Translations under genes and position numbers: made by a program | NCBI GenBank assembly: GCA_047967505.1 | Contig: CM106538.1 | Length of the DNA: 64,000 nucleotides | Reading direction: 5' to 3' (one strand) | From: Dipteris shenzhenensis | Taxonomy: Eukaryota | The notes under the pieces: generated by a model | Told to the model about the DNA's origin: nothing | Database searches by the model: none | What the model saw: only the letters and a program-made list of their open reading frames with translations | Shown here: piece by piece, positions 53,301 to 64,000 of the stretch | Layout: the number at the start of each line of letters is the position of its first letter | Numbering within the stretch: position 1 is the first letter of the stretch

Positions 53301-54256
53301 TTAGAAGATTCACCCTTGGAATATTGGGGCATTCTGGGCGATAATGACCCTTCTGGTGGCACTCGTAGCATACAACATTAGCACGATCTCTTGGAGGGCG
53401 GTTGGCTTGATTTCTGATACCCACCATCTCAAGCTGAAGATCATTCAGGGCCTTAGCTAGGTCATTGACTCCAGGTTCTGTTGCAGGGGGGCCTCTTTAG
53501 TTGGAGGGGCCACGGGAGTAGAGAGGAGGGGGGCTCGTGGGCGAGGCTGGGGAAATCTTCGAGGCGGAGGATGAGGATATCCACCTTGTTAAGGGTAAGC
53601 ATCTAAGGGAGGACCATACATCTGAGGTGGAGGCGGTGGATACATCCCTGAGGGGTGGGGGTATGCCCCTGAGTTAGACCCCCCAGGTTGTTGTTGCAGG
53701 AATGGAGGGGGATGCGGAGGGACAATTGTCTTCTTTGAAGCGGGGTCAGACTGAACTTTGTCAAACTTTTGAGCAATCTCATGTGCTAGCACCATAGTAT
53801 CTGGATTCTCCCATTTAAGCTTGAGGCAGAATTCATCACTTGCTCCTGCTACAAGGTAGCCCAGCACATGTTGAGTCATTCCAACTCGAAATCCGGCATT
53901 GTCCTCCTGTGTGGCAATCAATGGTCCAAGAGCACGGCCGCTCGATCCACATATCGACACGCCGTCTCACCTTCTGACTGCTTCAAATTTGCCACCTGCA
54001 GGTACACATTCTCCGACTCCTCTTCTTTGCTGAAATACTCAATCATTGCTGCTGTCAACCTTGGCCAGCTTTGGCGAACATCTTCGGTTTGCTTCTCATA
54101 CCACACTTGAGCCAAACCTTCTAGAAATGTGGGGAGAACCAATAGCCATCTGTCTTCAGTAAGAAAGTTGAGAGAAACACAACGGCGCTTGAAAGCCACA
54201 AGATACTCATTTGGATTTTCTTCTACCCGTCCACAAAACACGGGAATGTCAGCCAT
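53290..54256 (-). pseudogene. Gypsy gag with CCHC knuckle (frameshifted)
   Basis: IPVFCG...EYL...L.G.A..WY...W..L...F, LKQ..GET...Y and CYECHQKGHYRPECP, spread over three ORF pieces. Confidence 0.9.
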
Positions 54257-54749
54257 GCTTGGAAGATGGAAAAGAGTGGCTTATCTATGGACGAACAATA
54301 GTAAGAGGAAGCTTGAACTGAAAATCGGGTGAAGATACATCCAAAAAGCACACATAGGCAGGGTAGGGTGTGACTGGAGTAGTGTGAAATATTACACGAG
54401 AAGAATCTTCAGCATAGAATAGCACATAGACAATCTTAAAAGGACCAATCCTCATGATATCACTTTGATCATTACACGCGAGGGTTAGAGGTGCGGCGTC
54501 GCATGAGGTTGTTCATCAAGGCAAACAAGAATGCCATGACAAATGTCAAAAGTTGGAGAGCTTGCACATCACCTTCAGCTTCTTCCAGTTCTTGTAGTCG
54601 CCATTCTATTTCTTCAAGGGGTGTGCGGTCTGGCATCCTTCTTCTGAGCAATGTCCTTGAGAACCCTCCTGATGGTCTGCCGAAGTCGGTGAACTCATAT
54701 CAAGTAGGCCCAACACTTAGTTTCATGATGACCACAACCTTTGCATTCC

Positions 54750-55199
54750 TTACAAACGATCACCCTCCTTCGTGGCTTGCGGCTTTGTTGGGGAGGCGCT
54801 TCCACTCGCATCATGCGTGATGGAAATACAAGCTTCACGTGCCAAGAAATCAGCAACAAGATTTCGAGCTCGAGGGATATGCTGAATTTTTACCTCTTCA
54901 AACTGGTTGCAGAGTTCCAAGGCCTGTTGATGTCGTGGAACCAAGCCTTTGCTCCGCACCTTCCACCTTCCACTAACCTGTTCACACACTAGTTGAGAAT
55001 CTCCTTGCACCTCCAATTGCTTGGCCTGATGTTCTTGTGCCTTTTGTAGCCCAAAAATGAGCGCTGAGTACTCAGCTTGATTGCAAGTACTTGCGGGCGA
55101 AGACTTGCTGTAACAAAACTCCTCACCACCCGGTGAAGTGAGCTTCACACCCACGCCAGCTGCCTTGGTCGAAGGTTGATTGAGTTTTAGTTTGGTCAA
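54750..55199 (-). CDS. Archaeal-type RNase H (aRH/RVT_3) ORF upstream of gag, 5'-truncated
   Basis: AG.GV...TCNQAEYSALIFGL..A...LEVQGDSQLV..QV.G.W...HIPRARN..AD.LA. The first FDG motif is absent. Confidence 0.92.
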   Translation of the reverse strand: MTKLKLNQPSTKAAGVGVKLTSPGGEEFCYSKSSPASTCNQAEYSALIFGLQKAQEHQAKQLEVQGDSQLVCEQVSGRWKVRSKGLVPRHQQALELCNQFEEVKIQHIPRARNLVADFLAREACISITHDASGSASPTKPQATKEGDRL

Positions 55200-56030
55200 A
55201 GTTGTGCCACATCACCAAGTGCCACCTAAGCACATAGCTTCTTGCTAAGCACAGTGTGAGTGCAACATGTGAATCCCTCTACCACATCATCAAAGGTCTT
55301 TTCAACAAGCCATAACTTCCAATCCATGAAGAATTTGCATGCGCTCCAAATAGGAAAAGTGATCTCCTTCTTGAGCTCTACGCGCCTCTCAAATCAGAAT
55401 CATTGTAGACAATTAGACACTGCCAATATTGAAATATATCAATTGGTAAGACCTTTGCAACAAATGGGAAAGTGACCCACGAACGTAAAAAGCATGCCGG
55501 ATATCACCATCAATAATGGACTGGACAATCAGCCGTTGAAGGTCGACATGAAGATCAAGGAATACATCTCATGCATTGGTAGCCGTAAGGTGTGGAGGAA
55601 CAGGCACCAATTCCTTAAACGCGTCGAGAAGTGACATAAATGTCCACCCTTCTCATGAGGCGTGCGTCCGTGAAGTGGGCTTGGAGAAGTTCTGAATTGG
55701 TGATCTAGCAAGAGAAGTGGATAGAGAACATAAAATGAAATATTTTTGCTTTTTACAACAAGAGCAAACTCCTTATGGTTAGAGAGTTACAGCTCCCGCA
55801 ATTTCAATATATGAACAAAAATCATTACATTTTTACCACTTCCAACTTGTTGGCCCAATGATAAGACTTTCTTTTGTGAAGGGGGAGGTCTTGGGTTCCA
55901 ATCCTACTCTTTAATAAAAAGAGAGGAGAGGAGAGGAGAAGGAGAAGAGAAAGAGAAAGAGAAGAGATAGGGGGGGGCGCGGGATCTGCTGTTACTCTTT
56001 TGCAGGGGCTCAGGAAACAGCGACCAGAGC

Positions 56031-56300
56031 AGTCTAGAGAACTGTCACGCAGAAAACTGTCCGCAACCAGAAGTCGCGGCAGTCCAGAGAACTGTCGCAC
56101 AGAAAACTGTCCACAACCAGAAGTCGCGGCAGTCCAGAGAACTGTCGCGCAGAAAACTGTCCGCAACCAGAAATCGTAGCAGTCCAGAGAACTGAAGCGC
56201 AGAAAACTGTCCGCAACCAGAAATCGCAGCAGTCCAGAGAACTGAAGCGCAGAAAACTGTCCGCAACCAGAAGTCGCAGCAGTCCAGAGAACTGAAGCGC
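56031..56300. repeat. 50-bp tandem repeat (~5.4 copies) in the Gypsy 5' UTR
   Basis: agtccagagaactg..gcgcagaaaactgtccgcaaccagaa.tcgc.gc starts at 56031, 56081, 56131, 56181, 56231 and 56281. Confidence 0.97.
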
Positions 56301-56414
56301 AAGAGACGCACGAAGCGAATGCACGCGCAGTAGCTTAGAAAGAGCACAGATGGTATAGTTTTGTTGATGTAACCCGTACGAATAGAAGAGTTGCCACCAG
56401 CCGTGGAGATTCGT

Positions 56415-56433
56415 ATCCCAGCAGTCACACCAA
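56415..56433 (-). promoter_or_regulatory. Putative primer-binding site (tRNA not identified)
   Basis: TGGTGTGACTGCTGGGA begins 4 nt after the 5' LTR end. Confidence 0.6.
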
Positions 56434-56436
56434 AAC

Positions 56437-57427
56437 TTTTAGCCGGAAAAGAAACCGAGAACAAAGGCTAGAGACTAAGTATGGCGACGCTCAAAGTCCA
56501 TAGAGAAAAGGAGATCACGAGGGCGAAGGGATGTCATAGGGGTGAATAAGGAATTAGAAATGGAGGGAAGGAAAAGGGAGACTATGACACAAGGGGAAAG
56601 GGAGAGTGGGAAGAGAAGCAAGTACATGATAGGAAGAGGAATGTTGAGATGTAGACATCAAGGGAAGTGAACCATACTTTATTGGAAAGAAGGGATGAGA
56701 GGGAAATATCAAAATACTAGCTAGGTGGCTTTACAAGAATGAGCGTGTCCCATCAAGGAATTGCCCCTTCCTTTTATAGCCAAAAGAGGGGGTCTCTCCA
56801 CATTAATGTATCCTCCCACATGCATGGCGTGTGTGGAAAAGTTTTCCATGTGGGCTAGGTGGGTACGCACTCGCAATTGTATGCGACAACCCTTTGCCTC
56901 AATTTTCCACATAAATCAAGCCCCATATCTCAAGTCTATGATACTCCCTTGGCCTCTTTCCAATTTTATAATAGGTTCAAACCTCTAGGAGGACAAGTGG
57001 AGGGTTGGCACAAGGAATCTTGCCACCTCATCCTACTTTCCCCATTATTTAACTAGCTCTCTTTGTCCTTCTATACCTCCCCCACATGGGCCTATCCCAT
57101 ATGGAGGGAATAACTCAATATAATAGCCATCTCCACCCATTTTATATTGCTTCTCCCATGGACTTTGAGCCATATCTCAATTATTGCATCCTAGGTGGAG
57201 GGGTGGCACATGGAGGAGCCATGCCACCTTGCATTTTATAATATTCCTATTATGGATTATGTACTACACACCTTATGGGTCCTCTTACATGGAAGGGTGG
57301 CACATGGTCATGCCCTGCCACCTCAACCTTGGGCCCTATGCACACCATATTTGATTATACTATTGCCACATATACAAACACACATACATATTAATGCCTT
57401 TTTCCTTAGACAATTTTATCCATAATA
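56437..57427 (-). repeat. 5' LTR
   Basis: Near-identical to 48599-49589. Its terminal TG has mutated to TA. Confidence 0.97.
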
Positions 57428-58245
57428 GTACAAATGATCATCATGGTGAATTGAATCTTAAAGTATCTCCTTGATGCAACTAATAAATGTTTCGGCATAG
57501 ATGCATGCAAATTTGCACCCTAAATTCTTCATCATGTGACTTGCAATCATTTCATCGATAAATCACTATCTATCATGATAGTATGAATGATGGATGATAT
57601 AGGTGGAGGGTGTTGAAATGAAGTAGACATGAAAAGTAGTTTTGTGAATAAAGGGATCTTATAAGCCCTAAATACTATTGGAAAGAAATGTAATTAAATG
57701 TATATAATATCTTTGTGGGGTAGTTTTATGACTAAAGGGTGTGTGATGTTAGTGGCATCTTTGTGGCGTAGAAATGTATATAGTATCTTCTTGGGGTAGT
57801 TTTATGACTAAATGGTATGTGATGTTATGATAAAATTGTCTACCAAATCACAATATAGGCCATGCTCAGAAAAATGTGCTCAGACCAAGACGCTCAGAGA
57901 AAAGACATACCCTAAAAAAGCGTAGCTTGCTACCCTCATTGATCAGATAATTTCTCCATATCTATAGATGGGGCCTATGTCTATTACCACTAACTTAATT
58001 CTCTTTATTATCTCAGTCAAATTGTCATGCACACCATCGAAGCCTTCTCTGCCAAATGCTAATGCTTGACCAAATTTTCATCTAGGCCATGAAAGCCTTC
58101 CTTCACACTCATCAATGCTCTACACACAAGAGCTCTGTATAAATGCTTTCTTGTATGAAAAATAGCAAATTGAGTATTGCCACTCCTTGAATCAACTATG
58201 CAACATTTCCTTCATTTCAATGTTGGGGTTTTTTGGTGCCCATAT

Positions 58246-59045
58246 GATCCTCTCAACTCCTTCTGTATGCGGATTTTTGGAAATCGAATTGGTCATTGAA
58301 GGTACATGACTGTTTGTAGATGCCAAGGATGTTGGTAAGCACCTCACTACTACTAGAGCCACAAAAGTCTTGAGCGTTGCTCCTAGAAAGGGTGCCATTC
58401 CCACCTGTGTCGTGGGGGTGAATGAGATGAAATATAGCTCTGAATAATTGCCATTAGCAATGCATCTTGCACCACAAACAACCTGGCGTCATCTATAAAG
58501 GCCCATCTGAAGAACCACTCATTAACAAGGCATCTTGCACCACATATGCAAAGGTCTTAGATGATAAGTACGATGAAAATTGCATCGATGCTAATGTGCA
58601 AAGGGGTGAATGGCTTCTTGTGGATCATCCTTTCAATGTGCTTCCATTTGATAACATGACTGCTTCTCTAATTTCCTATTGATCACCCCTTTCGATGTGC
58701 TTCCATCCGATGACAGTATAGCTTCTCTAATATCTTTGTCCCATTTTTGTTTTATGGAATGCACACTCATAGGAGTCATCAACCGCAACCCACTTCTACA
58801 CCAATGATTAGCATCTCCTAGATGCTAGACACACAAGGACTTGAGGAGGGCCAGAGAAGCCACCCTCAACATCATGCCAACATCTTGATAGGTGAAGTGA
58901 AGGATGCTACCTAATGTCAATGGATGACAAGATCATAGGTGCCCCCTCCTAATGTGTCTATAGTAGACCTTGTGGTGCAGGTGGAGAAGAAAACATTCGC
59001 TGACGAGGTAAGTGCTATATTTGGAGAGGCAGTTGCCAAGATGAG
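58246..59045 (+). pseudogene. Degraded fragments of plastid NADP-GAPDH (GapA/GapB type)
   Basis: LVIEGT..FVD...GKH...[67 protein letters not shown]. Frameshifts and deletions. Confidence 0.88.
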
Positions 59046-60769
59046 GCAGGCACATGTGAGAACAAAGGAAAGGTTGCTTTAGGGGAGCTTTGAATCGATT
59101 TGGCAAGGGTAGGCATAGAGGGCGAAAGAAGGGTCTCGATCCTCCCAAGAGTCCAGTGAAATTAGAAATGTTTCCACTCAGGAAGTGTTCAATATTCTCA
59201 CCAAATAGTAGAGGCGAAGGCACAGATAGCCTCGATTTATTGGGTTCACATCCCATTCCGTATGTTGCTTGTTCGATCAATTGAAATATTTCTTGGGAGA
59301 GTTTATGGAAGCTGGGAAGCATCAACATCGATAGTCCAACACAAGAGGTTGAAAGCTTGGTTCTGGCTTGGGGGAGATCAATGGCGTGTTGAGGCTGTGC
59401 ATTGTGAGAATGTAGCAAATAGACTCTTTGTCTATTGTTTGGGTCTGCATGTGTACTATGGTCATCATGTTTGCCCTGTGCACTTATTCTTTTGCATGTT
59501 TATTTGCAGTAGATATTTTCTATTCCAACCAGAGGCTTTGCACGTACTGTTGCACTTACATCGATTGTGAGATAAGACTTTCATCTTGCCAATCGATGAT
59601 CCCTAAAATTATAGCAAATTGTCTTTGCTTCTTGTAACTATATCTTGGTGCTGATTCTGAGAATCGTGTATAGTTTGGCAGCCGTGATAGCTAAATAACA
59701 TTTCTTCCTTTTATTTGTACTAGCAGCAGTAGGATAGCCATCCATTTTCTTCATTAGATTCATATTATGCACCTCATTTTGGTAGACATAGGCCTTCTCA
59801 ATGAAGTACAACTATGTGGTAGACAAAGTATAGTCCGTCCTAATTTATGTCACCCATTCAAACTTTTGTTTTCTAGTTTAGTATTTCCTAATGGTTTTCG
59901 TTTTCTTTTTTAGGCAACAGTTAACAAGTTTTCATAACTTTGTTTTTACCTTTTGCATGTTAAAATTTTGTAATGATATGGATTTGTGGTAAATTTCCAC
60001 GATACTTTATAACTGTGATGAAATACAAGTATTTGTCTAACCCTTTGTATTGTTTTTGCTAGAGCAAATCCGTTATATAATTAATTATGTTTACAATGAC
60101 TTCTATCAAATTGTACTTTATAATTTAATAGTCTTGAGAATGTTTGTTATTGCTTTAAATGTTAATTTGATAAATCCAACAATCATATTTTCTTTTGAGT
60201 AAGTTGCTTTAACAATCATGTAACTTGCATTCATTTCCATGTATTAGAAAACTTGGTCGTTAAAAAAGCGTGTTGCAAATCAGTTAAGTAAACCACTAGT
60301 TAACATTAGGTGTTGCTATGTTAAATGTAAAGATTGCATGGCTTTGCAAAGCTGAATTTATGAAATGTAATACTTTGTCATTTTCTTTAAGTAGAACATA
60401 AGCTCTATACAACATAATAAATCCTTCCAAATGCTTTAATTATGTAAATAAGACTTGTGTTTAAGTGTTGTTTTAAAAACTTTGAACAAAGGACATATGT
60501 CTTGCTAATAATTATTGAAATTGCAACTTCAAAAGAATATTCAATTACTTATGTATGTCACTCAATTATTCGCAGAGCAGTGAGAAAATTGTCCGTGACA
60601 CCTATGAAGGCTTGTGAAGATGAAGTCAACTCATCACAAGACAACTTCCCAGCCAAATTTCCTGAGCAAAAGAATGAGGGAAATAATCAAGCCATGGTCA
60701 TTGAAAGTAAGCACTACCTAAAAGATTCTTCCTCACTACTGGTACTATACATATGGCAGCAAACTGACT

Positions 60770-61980
60770 GCATCAGCCTTAGATTTGCTTTTGAGGGAAA
60801 ACTCTTGGCCAAATATGGGACCTACAAAGCTAAAGAACTTGAGGATGTTGTTGTTCTCTGAGCTGACTTCACAAATAGACACAACTGTGACACTATCACA
60901 TTTGTTGTCCCTCATTCCTATGTAGATCAATATAAAGACAAGTTGGAAGTAGATGGCTTCTATAGGATAAAAGGCCCTTCTATAATAAAAAAGAGCCTCG
61001 ATGAAGGAGGTACTTGTTCTTATTCTATTGATCTTAACACCACAACAAGTGTGCTCAAAGGCAAACCATTTGAAGGAACTATCACTTTATTGAATGATCA
61101 CAAACTTGCGAATATGTCCCTTTCGAGACAAAGAATTGTAGGTCCTTGAAGCACCTCAATATGGCAATGGGCACTATATCATTTGTTATCATCAAAGTTG
61201 ACAAGGATGGAGGAGCAGCAGATCAATTAATCATTGCTGACGGACCAAGAAATGAGGATCGAACTGCGGTACACACAATCTATTAATTGCAATTCATTAT
61301 GCATGACAACTTCATAATGCTTAGAATTTTCAAACATGTGCACAAGAGTTTGTTTGCATGCCTAGAGGAATACAAAATGAAGAAGGCATTGTTATGTGCA
61401 CATTGAAGAATGTATCCTACATGTTAGTAAGGAATACATTGTGTGTTTTTGACTTCACAATCTTGGCAAACATCCCAGACGGTCCAAAGAAAGAAGAGCT
61501 CACCCAAGTGTTTGTTATCCAAGTTGGAAGTCTTGGTGGATATGGCCGCATGGTAAATCCTAAACTTACCCTTCATGGTTTGCTATTATTTGTTATGTAT
61601 TACAATAACTTATAAATTGATGTGCAGGTTAGTCGAGTTCTACAATTCACAAATCTAAACTCGTAGCTTGTGGAGTATTCATGTGCTGTCTATGCTGGCT
61701 CTCGTGTGAGTCATGATCATCAACCTTTTTGCTACATACACAAGAAATTATTCAAACACCTTGCTTGACGGGCAAGATAGTTCAATGTTTTAGTGAAGAC
61801 ATTGCCATCCACTTGCGTGGGTCGCATGTAGAAACTATTCTACCTTTAGAGGCTCCTTTCCTTGAACTTCATAGTGAACATGTTCTTCGTGTATGCTCAA
61901 TGCTCCATTGCATCAAGTGTAGTGGTACTTTCACAATGAATAGTTCTGGCCATGTAATAGGCTTTGAGGGAAGCTCTTGA
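60770..61980 (+). pseudogene. RPA70-like OB-fold ssDNA-binding protein of a Helitron (degraded)
   Basis: F.GKLLAKY...DTITFVV....D.YKDKLEV..FYRIK...I.......YSI.LNTTTSV has an OB-fold pattern. There is a later C..C motif, and it sits directly upstream of a Rep-type ORF. Confidence 0.5.
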
Positions 61981-62759
61981 TTGTACTAAGGCATTTTTAA
62001 AATTTAGCAAGGGTATTCATGAGATTTTTTGAAAGAAATCATTGTTCTTGGACATTGAAACATTGTGTTGATATTCATTTCTTCTTTTTGTGTAGAAAAT
62101 GGACATCTCATTTGAAAAGTAAATTCTTGAAAATCTCAATGCATTTGACCTTGCATCAAATGTTGGTTTCTTGTAGCAACACCCACAGAACACAAACATT
62201 ATAAATTGTCCAATTGAGCTTATTCCATTGCAATCATATTCCGCTTTGCTAGAAATCCTTATTAAATGTGTTCAAACAAATGCAAACTTTGTCAATTCCC
62301 CTTGTAAAATTCTTTCAAACCTTAACAATGACTCGTACAATCAAATTGCATGTGTTGAAGAGATTAAGAGAATGGTAACAAATATTTCTACTTCAAGATC
62401 TTAACTATATAGTTGCTTGACGAGCTTTATAAAAAACTTGCATTGTTCATTCAAAGACATTTGTAAAACTAGTACAAATGCTACAAAGTTTTCATGCACA
62501 TTTTCATGATAATATTTTAGTGCATACACTTTTATTTGATGAAACTACAATACCAATGCAAATATCACCTTTGCATCATATTCAATGTAAAGGAGCATAC
62601 ATCCCCTAGACCAAAGAACATGAAAGTCAACTTGGTTTAATTCTTCGTAACACCCTTCAGTTAAGTGCTAAAGAGGTTGGTACCATATTCATTGAAACAC
62701 ACAAAGATGCACCTTACAATTGCATGAAAGATATATAGAATGAAAGATGCAAATGTGGC

Positions 62760-64000
62760 AAAAGGATGAGAAAAGGACATACCAATGGTATTGAGAAAAG
62801 CACACAAAACAAAGGAGGTGATATAAGAGAAGACAATTGCATCTCAAAGCAAAGAACAATGTTTGATTCAAGCAAGGAACAAGAAACAAGGAACATAAAA
62901 GCAAGTAACTCTAGTGCCAATTGTGGACACTCTTCAACATTCTTGCAAATGTTGTCAAACGTTAACATTCTTGTCCAAGCTACACACTAAGTCCAATGTT
63001 GACTCCATTTTTAATACAAAGTGATATCATTACTGCCGAAGTTCTTCCCAAAGAGAAGTGCTTATGCTCCATTTGTTTGAAATATATTAAGAGAAATATT
63101 TTACCGACTTTTTCCCATATCAACATGCCACTTCCAAAGAAAATGAAATACACTAGTCTTCTTAATGACATTGAAGCATGCCTTATTTCAGTTCGAATCC
63201 CTTTTGCACAAATTTGTGAGTTGATTTTTGATGGACAATGCGGCCTCAAGGGAAGCATTGTGAATGTGTTTGCTGATGTTGACAGAGCCCAATACGTACT
63301 ACTGAGGTTCCTTATAGATGGAGCAACAGCCATGGTTGGGATTAAAAGAAAGCTAGAGTACACTCATTATTATATGAGTGATTAGTAAGACCTACTTTGA
63401 TAATGCGTGCATTGAAGGAGCTACTTCCAAATTCCCTATACAAGGAACAAAAGGTCACATCAAACCACAAATGGGCTCAAAATATAGAGTCTTTGGGAGA
63501 AATTCAAATACAAGAGAACTCATCAAGAAACAACAACATGGACGATGACAATGACATGCTAGTACATCAGATTTACAATAGCCAACAAGTCATTGACTTC
63601 GAAGAGAAAACAATAAATATTGCACCCTCAAAAGGCTTCTCACCTTTAAGCACCTTCAAGGACAAACATTGTGAAGAGTTAGCATTCCCTCAACTATTTT
63701 ATGGACATGGACGCTTATACAATATATCGGATCGAACTTCATACCAAGACATTGCACAGTGGGAATTCACTAACAGTGATCAATGCTTTGCATTCTCCAT
63801 AGAAAACATCTTTTTTTAAACCATGAGAGTATTGGTGCGTCAAGTACTATCCTCAACCTGGGTTCGCATATGTGTAAAGTGCAATTGCGTGGACGAACAT
63901 TAAGAGAAAAAGACACACTGCACAACACTAACGTTGAGAACCTTCTCCATTCCAATATTGGACATCACTTCGCATCCATGTGAACATCATCCAACTACAA
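62760..64000 (+). pseudogene. Helitron2/Helentron-type Rep-helicase N-terminal region (DUF6570-like), runs off the window
   Basis: C.IC...LNDIE..LIS.RIPF.QI.EL...GQ.GLKG.IVNV..D...IKRKLEY...VRP..IM.AL..L..NSLY, then IAP..G.SPLS.F.D..CEELAFP.LF.G...SD..FA..NIFF. Confidence 0.85.

Larger units (their letters stand above)
48599..57427 (-). mobile_element. Full-length young non-chromovirus Ty3/Gypsy LTR retrotransposon (8829 bp)
   Basis: Two 991-bp LTRs with only 3 differences noticed, 4-bp TSD GTAC (48595-48598, 57428-57431), PPT, PBS-like site, and gag-PR-RT-RH-IN order. Confidence 0.97.
37204..57912. mobile_element. Large Mutator-like (MULE) DNA transposon, ~11.9 kb excluding the nested Gypsy
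   Basis: Contains a MULE transposase (-) and a divergent second gene (+). Ends are imperfect inverted repeats: GGGATTTCT..TGAGC-n7-TCTGAGCA..TGAGCA versus GGGTATGTCT..TGAGC-n7-TCTGAGCA..TGAGCA. No TSD found, so boundaries are tentative. Confidence 0.65.

Noticed and set aside
55529-55560. STFNG as the missing FDG motif of the aRH
   Set aside because: Followed immediately by a stop, ~330 bp away, with no supportable splice path.

Overview
Repeat-dense eukaryotic nuclear DNA from a land plant. It is probably a seed-free plant such as a fern; this is inferred from the TE families and an intron-containing vWA gene. About 90% is nested transposon material: several degraded Ty1/Copia and Ty3/Gypsy elements, an L1-like fragment, a Sola/DUF7869-like transposase remnant next to a ~180-bp satellite (itself carrying a small hAT insertion), and the start of a Helitron2/Helentron-type element with an RPA-like gene and nearby plastid GAPDH fragments. 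One probable host gene lies at ~12-14 kb on the minus strand (Pro-rich + vWA). The standout is a ~12-kb Mutator-like DNA transposon (~37.2-57.9 kb, interrupted by a young Gypsy). It carries a GCM-like/MULE/SWIM transposase and a divergently oriented, spliced gene with a ParB-like N-terminus and a beta-class N4C/N6A DNA methyltransferase C-terminus. Between the two genes are eight ~40-bp palindromes and a captured OSCA4/CSC1-like fragment. The young Gypsy inserted in it has an archaeal-type RNase H ORF placed upstream of gag and non-canonical TG...AA LTR ends. Domain calls are by motif recognition by eye; no searches were run.
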